DNA from: a virus
Virus record (IMG/VR): IMGVR_UViG_3300026549_000013
Location: 1 to 41,802 of that record
Direction: 5' to 3' (one strand)
DNA length: 41,802 nt
Positions 27,324 to 34,445 of the stretch are shown piece by piece. The stretch's first letter is position 1; every line of letters starts with the position of its first letter. The notes under the pieces are model-generated. The model did not search any database. It was given only the letters and a program-made list of their open reading frames with translations, and was not told the DNA's origin. A program made the position numbers and the translations under genes.

Positions 27324-27460
27324 GCAGTTTACGCCAACCTCGTTAATTCGAACGCGGTCCGTGCCGTCCGCTTCGGCGGGAATTGGAACAACGGCAACGT
27401 GAACCTGAATGCGAATAACGCGCCTTCGAATGCGAACGCGAATTATGGTGGCGCCCTTTG
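27324..27460 (+). repeat. DGR template repeat (TR)
   Basis: Non-coding copy of VR, rich in AAC/AAT (14 in the VR frame). The last 14 nt, ggtggcgccctttg, contain no A. Confidence 0.9.
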
Positions 27461-27628
27461 GATATCCATCCAGTCGGCGCGTGTCCTGACCGGCACGCGC
27501 CCTATTTATTAATCACTATAACCGTCAAACAGACGGGCGCAGAGTTTTCCTTGGATCTACGGATCTGAAATATATCGACTGGGACGGCTTAGTAGGGAAA
27601 CCGAAAAGACGTAGGATACAAGCAAAGT
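27324..27628 (+). ncRNA. Putative DGR RNA (TR plus 168-nt spacer up to the RT start)
   Basis: By analogy with the Bordetella phage BPP-1 TR-Sp RNA. Contains an 8-bp hairpin, ggcgcgtg / cacgcgcc, at 27476-27501. Confidence 0.5.
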
Positions 27629-28813
27629 ATGAAACGTATCAGAGATACATGGAAAGTGGCTACAGATGAAGACAACGCGTTCGCGGCGATCGTGGACGGG
27701 ACAAAGTACAAACGCGGGAAAAGAGAGGTACAGAAGCTTCTTTACGACAAAGAAAAAGTGAAAGCGCATCCGGAACTGTATCACAAGATCGATCCGGACA
27801 AAGGTAAGATATATGCCAAAAAGCTATGCTGGATCTTGAAGAAAAAGAAGTGGAGACACAAATCACCACGGCACAGAAGGCAGTTCTGCAGGAATCGCGC
27901 TTCCAGCAAAGGAAAGTGGAGAGATCTTTACATCCCGTGCTTGGACGATCACATAGTGGCACACATGCTGATGCAGGCAAATATGAAAGCGTTCACAAAA
28001 GGGATGCATCCGTATTGCTGCGGATCTGTGCCGGAAAGAGGAATCGAATTTCTTAGAAAGACGATAACTCACTGGATCAGGAATGATCGACAGCTGCGCT
28101 ACTTCGTGAAGCTGGATATAAGGAAGTTTTTCGACAATATAGACAGAAACAAGCTGAAAGCGGTACTAAGGACGAAGATCAAGGACAAAGCTTCGCTGTG
28201 GGCGTTCGACCAGATCATAGACGCAGCGCCTTCGGCCTGTCCAGTGGGATTCTACACATCGCCATGGTTTGCAAATCTGTATCTGGAAAAGCTTGACTGG
28301 TACATCGAGCAAAATCTTTTCAAGATCAGACGCGGGAAGCGGATCAAATATGTAACACATCATCTCAGATACGTTGATGACATCCTGCTGTTCGGAACGA
28401 GCAAGACCGATCTGAAGAAAGCAGTCAAACAGATAAAGGAATATCTCAAAATTAATTACGGATTAGAGATAAAGCCATGCTGGGAGATCAAGCGGATCGG
28501 AAAGCACGACAAGGACAGCGGGAAGTTGATAAAAGGAACATATTGGCTGGACATTGGCGGATACAAATTCTGCCAGGACGCGACGATCCTTAGAGACGGC
28601 ATATATCTGTCAGCCAAAAGACTGGCAAGAAAGATGTATAAAGCAGGATATTACACAGTGCATCAGGCGCAGTCGATAATATCAAGGATCGGATGGGCGA
28701 AGCATAGCGACGCGCGAAGGTTCATGCAGGAATGCATCCTGCCATATGTCAATATCAAAGAAGCAAGGAGAGTAATCAGCTATGTGGGCAAGATCCAAAA
28801 ACAGCGAAGCTAA
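27629..28813 (+). CDS. DGR reverse transcriptase (394 aa)
   Basis: RT motifs read in the translation: RDLYIPCLDDHIVAH, YFVKLDIRKFFDNI, GFYTSPWFANLYL, RYVDDILLFG, LDIGGYKF. Confidence 0.9.
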   Translation: MKRIRDTWKVATDEDNAFAAIVDGTKYKRGKREVQKLLYDKEKVKAHPELYHKIDPDKGKIYAKKLCWILKKKKWRHKSPRHRRQFCRNRASSKGKWRDLYIPCLDDHIVAHMLMQANMKAFTKGMHPYCCGSVPERGIEFLRKTITHWIRNDRQLRYFVKLDIRKFFDNIDRNKLKAVLRTKIKDKASLWAFDQIIDAAPSACPVGFYTSPWFANLYLEKLDWYIEQNLFKIRRGKRIKYVTHHLRYVDDILLFGTSKTDLKKAVKQIKEYLKINYGLEIKPCWEIKRIGKHDKDSGKLIKGTYWLDIGGYKFCQDATILRDGIYLSAKRLARKMYKAGYYTVHQAQSIISRIGWAKHSDARRFMQECILPYVNIKEARRVISYVGKIQKQRS

Positions 28814-29030
28814 AAAGCCGGAAAAGATGGAGAGATCCGGAAGCCAGGTCATCATCAGAAAAGACTTTCTGTTTGTGCAGGCGACAGAAGATGAAAACGC
28901 GCACTGGGAATACAGCGAATGGCAGATGTCAGAAGCAGAATATGAGATCTACGAGAATTTCGAAGATCGAATGAAGGAACAGGAAGATGCACTTGTTGAG
29001 CTGGCAGGAATGATTGCGGAAGGAGAATAA
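28782..29030 (+). CDS. Small acidic protein (82 aa)
   Basis: AGGAG 11 nt upstream of ATG 28782, which overlaps the RT 3' end by 32 nt. Alternative start at ATG 28827. Confidence 0.5.
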   Translation: MWARSKNSEAKKPEKMERSGSQVIIRKDFLFVQATEDENAHWEYSEWQMSEAEYEIYENFEDRMKEQEDALVELAGMIAEGE

Positions 29031-29033
29031 ACG

Positions 29034-29144
29034 ATGGCGAAGATCTATGTAAGAAAAATCAAAAATGGAGAAATGACGCTGGAAGAGGTCCCGAAGCTGT
29101 GGCGGAAGAAGGTTGAAGAGCTTCTGGCAGAGGATGAATTATGA
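29034..29144 (+). CDS. Small conserved phage protein (36 aa), CD1375-like pattern
   Basis: My translation: MAKIYVRKIKNGEMTLEEVPKLWRKKVEELLAEDEL. It resembles short proteins found upstream of holins in clostridial phages (recollection). Below the track cut-off. Confidence 0.5.
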   Translation: MAKIYVRKIKNGEMTLEEVPKLWRKKVEELLAEDEL

Positions 29145-29287
29145 AACATGCGATCCACTACGACGCAGACGACATTAAAGCAATCCTGGCAGAAAGACAT
29201 GGAGTTGATGCAAAGAATGTCATCCGCAATCAGTACAGTTATACGGTCGTCCTTGATGAAGAAGTAAAGGACGATGAAAAAGAGTGA
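29141..29287 (+). CDS. Small hypothetical protein (48 aa)
   Basis: ATGA-coupled to the previous ORF. MKHAIHYDADDIKAILAERHGVDAKNVIRNQYSYTVVLDEEVKDDEKE. Confidence 0.4.
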   Translation: MKHAIHYDADDIKAILAERHGVDAKNVIRNQYSYTVVLDEEVKDDEKE

Positions 29288-29297
29288 AGATCAACCA

Positions 29298-29321
29298 GGG
29301 CGCCTGAACAGGGCGCCCTTT
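29298..29321 (+). terminator. Terminator-like GC hairpin
   Basis: gggcgcc-tgaacag-ggcgccc followed by ttt. The short T-run makes it weak. Confidence 0.45.
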
Positions 29322-29324
29322 CTG

Positions 29325-29672
29325 ATGAGGGAAAAAACATTGGAATCATTAATGCAGACAATTGTTGCAGTTGTGATCGCTGTGCTGAGTTCAAACGGCC
29401 TGTGGGCATATCTGCAGAGTAAAAGCAAAGCGACGAGCGCAAGGGACAGGATGCTTCTGGGGATCGGCCATGCTGAGATCTTTCACACAGCCGAAAGATA
29501 CATCCAGCGAGGCGGGATAACAACAGACGAGCTGGAAGACCTGGAAAAATATCTGTACAAGCCTTACGCAGAATTAGGCGGGAACGGAACAGCCCAGGCG
29601 ATCGTTGAGAAATGCAAACAGTTAAAAATCATATCAGCTTCTGAAGCAGAAAGGATGGATAAAGATGCGTGA
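29325..29672 (+). CDS. Membrane protein of the lysis cassette (115 aa, one N-terminal TM helix)
   Basis: ATG 29325 lies just after the hairpin. LMQTIVAVVIAVLSSNGLWAYL is hydrophobic. The track ORF starts at 29274. Confidence 0.55.
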   Translation: MREKTLESLMQTIVAVVIAVLSSNGLWAYLQSKSKATSARDRMLLGIGHAEIFHTAERYIQRGGITTDELEDLEKYLYKPYAELGGNGTAQAIVEKCKQLKIISASEAERMDKDA

Positions 29673-29871
29673 GGGATATTGGAAGAATTGGATCAAGGCT
29701 GCCGGCGTGAGAGCGATCAAGACTGTCGCGCAGACAGCTGTGGCGCTGATCGGAACAAACGCGATCGGGATCACGGAAGTGAATTGGGTAGGCGTCGCAT
29801 CAGGAGCAGCACTTGCGGGAATCGTTTCGCTTCTCACATCACTTGCGGGAATTCCCGAAGTAGAGGAATGA
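29665..29871 (+). CDS. Holin
   Basis: 68 aa; IKAAGVRAIKTVAQTAVALIG and GAALAGIVSLLTSLAGIP form two TM segments; acidic C-terminus; directly upstream of the endolysin. Confidence 0.75.
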   Translation: MREGYWKNWIKAAGVRAIKTVAQTAVALIGTNAIGITEVNWVGVASGAALAGIVSLLTSLAGIPEVEE

Positions 29872-29878
29872 TAGATCA

Positions 29879-29905
29879 GAAAAGGCCTTCGGGCCTTTTC
29901 TTTTT
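29879..29905 (+). terminator. Rho-independent terminator between holin and endolysin
   Basis: gaaaaggcc-ttcg-ggccttttc followed by ttttt. Confidence 0.7.
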
Positions 29906-29920
29906 ATATGGAGAAAAAAG

Positions 29921-32281
29921 ATGAGCAATTCTTCCTTAGTAAATTATAAAAAACTCAGCCCGAACAACAGTGGAAAAAGAGATCACAGCATCGACCGGAT
30001 CACGCCGCATTGCGCAGTAGGTCAGCTGTCAGTCGAAAGACTGGGCGCGATATTCGCGAATGCGTCATATAAAGCCAGCTGTAACTATGCGATCGGAACA
30101 GACGGCCGTGTGGCGCTGATCGTGGACGAAAGCATGCGTTCCTGGTGTTCATCCAGCAATGCCAATGACCAGCGCGCCGTGACGATCGAATGCGCAAGCG
30201 ACCTGACAAGCCCATATGCTTTTAACAGCAAGGTCTACAACAAATTGATCGACCTGTGCGTCGACATCTGCAGGAGAAACGGAAAAACAAAGCTGATCTG
30301 GATCGACAGTAAGAGCAAAGCGCTTGCCTATGAGCCTAAAGCCGGAGAGATGCTGCTGACTGTACACAGATGGTTCGCAAACAAGGCATGCCCTGGCGAC
30401 TGGATGATGGCGCGCATGGGAGATCTGGCAGGCAAAGTGACTGCGAAGCTGTCCGAATCCGCGTCGACGCAGGCAGCTGTAGAGCTGGCACAGTATTATC
30501 GCGTCCGTAAAACGTGGGAAGACGCGGAATCACAGAAAGGCGCGTACAGCATCATCGCGAACGCAAGGGCGGAAGCGGACAAATGGAACGGCACATACGG
30601 CGTTTTTGACTGGAACGGCATTGAAGTGTACAGACCCGAAAAGAAGGCCGTCAAAGATCCTGAGATCTTCAACTATTGGCCGTGCTGGTCCAGAAAGACT
30701 TCACCGGATGACCGGCGCGGATCCGGAACAGTGTTCATCGATGAAAACGGAAACTGTGTTGTATATGATGCGTATGTCGAAAACAGCGTGCCGTGTGAGA
30801 AGCTGATCAAATACATGAAAAAGCATGACGTAACGCATTACACAGCGATCGGCAGCCATGCACACATGGACCACATTGGCGGCTTCTTCAGGATGATGAA
30901 AGAAAAAGGCCTGACCATGGACATGTTTGTATGCTACGACCCGGACAGCCTGAAGCTGGCAGGATCTGGAAGCGAGAATGCGCGAAGCGTCCGTGATGAC
31001 AAAGCATATCTGCAGAAGCTGATCAGCAAGGTAAAGGCTGCCGGTGCAAAGATCCGCTATGTCGTCACCGGCGACAAATTATCTGTCGGCCAGATGAATT
31101 TTAAATTCTACAGAAAGCAGCCGACATCCTTCGGCGACCAGGACAACGGCCAGGCTTACGGATACATGAATCACGGATCGCTAGCGATTTATAACTATGA
31201 GCTTGGAACGCTGTACAGCGCCGACGGACCGAAGTCAGGCGCCGACATGCTTGAATATTTTAAAGACGAAGATGTAGAAGTCGTTGATTCAGAACATCAC
31301 GGCAACGGCGCCGGCAAGACTTACGCCCAGAGCATGAAAAAGCGCGGCGTCGTCATGTGCATCGAAGCAAACAACGAAAAGAACGGCCCTGGCAGCTGTG
31401 AATTCACAAGCTTCGGAAGCAGGCGGATAATTGAAGCGGGCGTCCCTGTCTGGATGCTGAACGCGTCTGTATACGGACATGCCAAAAACGGTACGGTGAC
31501 ATGGAAGCAGACCGGCAAGAAGACGATCACATATGACACAGAATTCGGCCGGAAAGAAGCAGCGCCCGCAGCCAAAACAGATCAGGAAAAATTCATCGAG
31601 AAGATCGGCGCGATGGCAAAAGCAGACATGGCACAGCGCGGGATCTGCGCAGCGATCACGATCGCGCAGGCCATTCTTGAATCAGGATGGGGAAAGTCAG
31701 AGCTGGCGCAGAACGCCAACAATCTCTTCGGCATGAAGAAATCACTTTCCGGAAACACCTGGCCGAATTCGGCATGGGACGGAAAGAGCGTCTATAGCAA
31801 GCAGACGAAAGAGGTCTATGCTTCAGGACCTGCAACGGTCCAGGCTGACTTCCGCGCATATAAGACGCTGCAGGATTCCGTCAATGATCACAGCGCATAT
31901 CTGGAAGGCGCCAGGAACGGATCCGCGCTGAGATATAAAGGACTGGTGGGATGCACGGACTACAGAAAGGCCGCGCAGATCATCAAAGCGGGCGGATACG
32001 CGACAGCGCCGGACTATGTAGAAAAGCTCTGCAGGCTGGTGGAACAGTACGGCCTGACGCGTTATAATACAACGTATAAGGCACAGGACACAGAAGCAGC
32101 CGCCAAAACACCGTATACAGTCAAAGTCAATACTCAGATCCCGATCCTGAAGACGCCGGCCGGAACAAAGGTCAAAACATGCCCGAAAGGCATCTATACG
32201 ATCGTCGAAGAAAAGAGCGGATACGGGCGCTTGAAGAGCGGCGCAGGCTGGATCCAGCTGAATAAGGTTAAGAAAATGTGA
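29921..32281 (+). CDS. Multidomain endolysin: amidase_2 + MBL-fold domain + GH73 glucosaminidase + SH3-like
   Basis: N-terminus HCAVGQ...CNYAIG...ACPG (amidase_2/PGRP). HAHMDH at 30857-30874 (the MBL HxHxDH motif). AITIAQAILESGWGKSELAQNANNLFGMK (GH73). C-terminal YTVKVN...GIYTIVEEKSGYGRLKSGAGWIQL (SH3). Confidence 0.85.
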   Translation: MSNSSLVNYKKLSPNNSGKRDHSIDRITPHCAVGQLSVERLGAIFANASYKASCNYAIGTDGRVALIVDESMRSWCSSSNANDQRAVTIECASDLTSPYAFNSKVYNKLIDLCVDICRRNGKTKLIWIDSKSKALAYEPKAGEMLLTVHRWFANKACPGDWMMARMGDLAGKVTAKLSESASTQAAVELAQYYRVRKTWEDAESQKGAYSIIANARAEADKWNGTYGVFDWNGIEVYRPEKKAVKDPEIFNYWPCWSRKTSPDDRRGSGTVFIDENGNCVVYDAYVENSVPCEKLIKYMKKHDVTHYTAIGSHAHMDHIGGFFRMMKEKGLTMDMFVCYDPDSLKLAGSGSENARSVRDDKAYLQKLISKVKAAGAKIRYVVTGDKLSVGQMNFKFYRKQPTSFGDQDNGQAYGYMNHGSLAIYNYELGTLYSADGPKSGADMLEYFKDEDVEVVDSEHHGNGAGKTYAQSMKKRGVVMCIEANNEKNGPGSCEFTSFGSRRIIEAGVPVWMLNASVYGHAKNGTVTWKQTGKKTITYDTEFGRKEAAPAAKTDQEKFIEKIGAMAKADMAQRGICAAITIAQAILESGWGKSELAQNANNLFGMKKSLSGNTWPNSAWDGKSVYSKQTKEVYASGPATVQADFRAYKTLQDSVNDHSAYLEGARNGSALRYKGLVGCTDYRKAAQIIKAGGYATAPDYVEKLCRLVEQYGLTRYNTTYKAQDTEAAAKTPYTVKVNTQIPILKTPAGTKVKTCPKGIYTIVEEKSGYGRLKSGAGWIQLNKVKKM

Positions 32282-32332
32282 ATTATTAATTATGAGAAAA
32301 AGAATTTCTGCTAGCATATCTTTTTCACATAA

Positions 32333-32360
32333 AAGAGGTCGGGGTAAAACCCGACCTCTT
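32333..32360. terminator. Bidirectional terminator between convergent operons
   Basis: aagaggtcggg-gtaaaa-cccgacctctt, an 11-bp stem. Confidence 0.75.
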
Positions 32361-32361
32361 A

Positions 32362-32535
32362 TCAACTATAGTATTCAGTGCGGAACGTCTCGACACATGA
32401 CAGGATCCTGTAATTGTGGTGACGGTAACATGCTCTGAATGACCTTTTTGCTTCCGCCTCATCGGCACCGGAAAACAAATCAAAACCGATTTTTCGCGTG
32501 TCTTCATTCAAGAAAGTAACAACCCATTCTTTCAT
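32362..32535 (-). CDS. Small hypothetical protein (57 aa)
   Basis: My reverse-complement translation: MKEWVVTFLNEDTRKIGFDLFSGADEAEAKRSFRACYRHHNYRILSCVETFRTEYYS. It starts 2 nt after the upstream stop and ends at the terminator. Below the track cut-off. Confidence 0.55.
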   Translation of the reverse strand: MKEWVVTFLNEDTRKIGFDLFSGADEAEAKRSFRACYRHHNYRILSCVETFRTEYYS

Positions 32536-32537
32536 GA

Positions 32538-32954
32538 TTAATTCACCTCTCTTCTGAACAACCCCAAGATCTCCTGCATCATCAATCGCGTGTACTTAGG
32601 GCACTCACGGGCGCTTGTACACCAGTTTCCAAAAGTCCTCTGGGGGACGCTGAAATAGTCGGCCATGGCTGTCTGAGTCATCCCGGCCATCCTGCAGATA
32701 TCCTTGACAGATCTTTCAACCGCTGTGCGCTTCCGGAAGTTGGAAGGTGTGTCGAAGTCTGAGCCGTCGTAGAAGTCGCCATCATCATCAACTCTGTAGA
32801 TCTCGACACAATATTCAGTATCTTTCGCACCGATCCGGATCAGCTCCGCATTGATCGTCTCCATGTCGTGAGCAATAAAGAGGCGGTGATCAACGTCATC
32901 ATTTTCAAATTCGTAATTGTAAGGCACATCTAAGATTGCATATTCTGTTTTCAT
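32538..32954 (-). CDS. Two-domain protein: acidic N-terminal domain plus C-terminal XRE-like HTH (138 aa)
   Basis: MAGMTQTAMADYFSVPQRTFGNWCTSARECPKYTRLMMQEIL is an HTH pattern. Start is M12 of the track ORF, after AAGGGAAAA. Confidence 0.65.
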   Translation of the reverse strand: MKTEYAILDVPYNYEFENDDVDHRLFIAHDMETINAELIRIGAKDTEYCVEIYRVDDDGDFYDGSDFDTPSNFRKRTAVERSVKDICRMAGMTQTAMADYFSVPQRTFGNWCTSARECPKYTRLMMQEILGLFRREVN

Positions 32955-32967
32955 GTCATTTTCCCTT

Positions 32968-33261
32968 TCAAATATTGGAATATCCATATGTTGTTTTGTC
33001 GAGACTCAGAAGGATGTCATATTCTTCACCATCACTTCCTGTTGCCCTGCCGGCGATGCTCCATCCGTCGGTGTAAAACTCTTCGGGAGATACATATTCG
33101 GCAATCCCGTAGTCATCAAACTCCATCGTATCAACTATTTCGAATTCTTCAACGAATTCATCAAAGCTGCCGAAGTTCATCTCATGCTTGAACTGATCAT
33201 ATGCGACCTTGAGTTCTTCTGCGGTAAATGTTGCGCCTGTGTCTCTGTTTCTGTACTTCAT
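32968..33261 (-). CDS. Strongly acidic small protein (97 aa)
   Basis: I count 23 Asp/Glu versus 7 Lys/Arg. Confidence 0.6.
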   Translation of the reverse strand: MKYRNRDTGATFTAEELKVAYDQFKHEMNFGSFDEFVEEFEIVDTMEFDDYGIAEYVSPEEFYTDGWSIAGRATGSDGEEYDILLSLDKTTYGYSNI

Positions 33262-33275
33262 GTTGTTCTCCTTTC

Positions 33276-33512
33276 TTATAAATCACGCCACGGTGTCCAA
33301 TTAATGCGGCCCATATAGTCTCTCTCAAGAAAACCGTCTTTCTCTTTGCGGGCAGATCTGCGCTGAATGGTAAATTTGCATCCGGGCTTCACTGATTTCA
33401 GATCCGCCATCTTCTTCTGTATATATTTCCACTCCCTGGATCTAAAGCACTCGCATCCCCTTTTGTTTATCCTGTATTCTGTGATGGTCATGTCTGCTAC
33501 TCTTTTTGCCAT
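33276..33512 (-). CDS. Small basic protein (78 aa)
   Basis: ORF track; tightly packed in the reverse-strand operon. Confidence 0.55.
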   Translation of the reverse strand: MAKRVADMTITEYRINKRGCECFRSREWKYIQKKMADLKSVKPGCKFTIQRRSARKEKDGFLERDYMGRINWTPWRDL

Positions 33513-33527
33513 CGCTGTTCTCCTTCC

Positions 33528-33761
33528 TTAATCTTCGTGATAAACACAAGGTACGTAATCCGTTGAAGGATCGACGTCTGCAAAATGGTCGTAAATTCTA
33601 AAGTTTCTCGGATTATGCCGAGCCTCGGTTTTTCTTACGCGGCTTATGTACTGTTTAGCGGTTTTGATTGTGCTCGCGTTCCCGTAAATGTGCTCGTATT
33701 CTCCGATATTACTAAACGGGTTATGTTCGTCCGATTCATAATGTAATGAGTAACGTTTCAT
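33528..33761 (-). CDS. Small hypothetical protein (77 aa)
   Basis: ORF track. Confidence 0.55.
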   Translation of the reverse strand: MKRYSLHYESDEHNPFSNIGEYEHIYGNASTIKTAKQYISRVRKTEARHNPRNFRIYDHFADVDPSTDYVPCVYHED

Positions 33762-33809
33762 ATTCTAACCTACTCCGGCGGATTACCCGCCGCCGGTCGG
33801 GTGTGGTGA

Positions 33810-34004
33810 TTACTTAACGATTGTCTTGATGGAGTAGGTGGGGACTCCGTAAGGGAATCCGTAACCCTGAGCAACATCGTTGAGGTTTTTGAAATTCATC
33901 GCATCGACTGCGAGTTCAGCGCTTTTCATTCGCTTGTGTGTCTCAACCTTTGCGGTCATTCCGTTATCAAATGTTGCCCAAATCTCAAATCTCTTCATTT
34001 CCAT
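33810..34004 (-). CDS. Small hypothetical protein (64 aa), first gene of the reverse-strand operon
   Basis: AAGGAGGA RBS read on the reverse strand. Confidence 0.6.
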   Translation of the reverse strand: MEMKRFEIWATFDNGMTAKVETHKRMKSAELAVDAMNFKNLNDVAQGYGFPYGVPTYSIKTIVK

Positions 34005-34138
34005 ATCCTCCTTATTAAGTGGCTGTTTACTTGGTAGCCGTTAGCGGTGCTCCTTTAGTATTCAGCCTCTAGAGGTAGCTGTTGCCGAACTGTACGCCCC
34101 GGCAACCGGGCTTTTGTTTTCCTGTTCCTTATGTAATT

Positions 34139-34167
34139 ATAATATCACTCATTGGGTGATATGTCAA
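34139..34167 (-). promoter_or_regulatory. Near-consensus sigma-A promoter for the reverse-strand operon
   Basis: Reverse strand reads TTGACA, then 17 nt, then TATTAT. Confidence 0.65.
34144..34160. promoter_or_regulatory. Operator-like 17-bp palindrome O1 (one mismatch)
   Basis: atcactcaTtgggtgat; it fills the spacer of the reverse-strand promoter. Confidence 0.6.
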
Positions 34168-34174
34168 TAATAAA

Positions 34175-34191
34175 ATCACTCAATGAGTGAT
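34175..34191. promoter_or_regulatory. Operator-like perfect 17-bp palindrome O2
   Basis: atcactcaAtgagtgat; its centre is 31 bp from the O1 centre. Confidence 0.6.
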
Positions 34192-34305
34192 TTTATTTAA
34201 AAAAGAAAGGGTTAAGACTTGTAACAATTTGAAAACTGATAAACAATTTGCCACAGATACAAGCAAATCCCACTGAAAAAAGTAGAGAAAACACAACTAA
34301 AAGTA

Positions 34306-34334
34306 TTGACAAAGTACGGAAATCTTTATACAAT
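34306..34334 (+). promoter_or_regulatory. Near-consensus sigma-A promoter for the rightward early operon
   Basis: TTGACA, then 17 nt, then TACAAT. The inverted repeat tgtacc-N6-ggtaca (34334-34351) overlaps the -10/+1 region. Confidence 0.6.
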
Positions 34335-34445
34335 GTACCTATCACGGTACAGAAAACAGAACAAACAATACCTTTATACTTATATCTGCAATTCAAGTAT
34401 AACGGAAATCCGAACCAAAAGCAATAAAAACAGAAAGGAGATTGG

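Larger units (their letters stand above)
25433..28813 (+). mobile_element. Diversity-generating retroelement cassette (target gene with VR, then TR, then RT)
   Basis: TR/VR pair with adenine-only mismatches plus an adjacent RT with YVDD. Confidence 0.9.

Noticed and set aside
27095-27460. Simple tandem duplication, or gene-fragment pseudogene, of the fibre 3' end
   Set aside because: Random divergence would hit all four bases. All 7 differences fall on TR adenines in AAY codons, and an RT gene follows, so the DGR interpretation is far better supported.
28782-29030. Considered as the DGR accessory protein Avd because of its position next to the RT
   Set aside because: The product is strongly acidic and Glu-rich, whereas Avd proteins are basic helical bundles. 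No support from sequence alone. It is kept as a hypothetical CDS.
32325-32507. 60-aa minus-strand track ORF downstream of the HTH gene
   Set aside because: It runs across the bidirectional terminator. A different frame (32362-32535) starts 2 nt after the upstream stop and ends exactly at the terminator, and is preferred.
34096-34120. cccgg-caa-ccggg hairpin followed by cttttgtttt, read as a plus-strand terminator
   Set aside because: No plus-strand transcription unit ends here. It lies in the 5' UTR of the minus-strand operon, where it has no U-tract in the transcribed orientation. The stem is short (5 bp).
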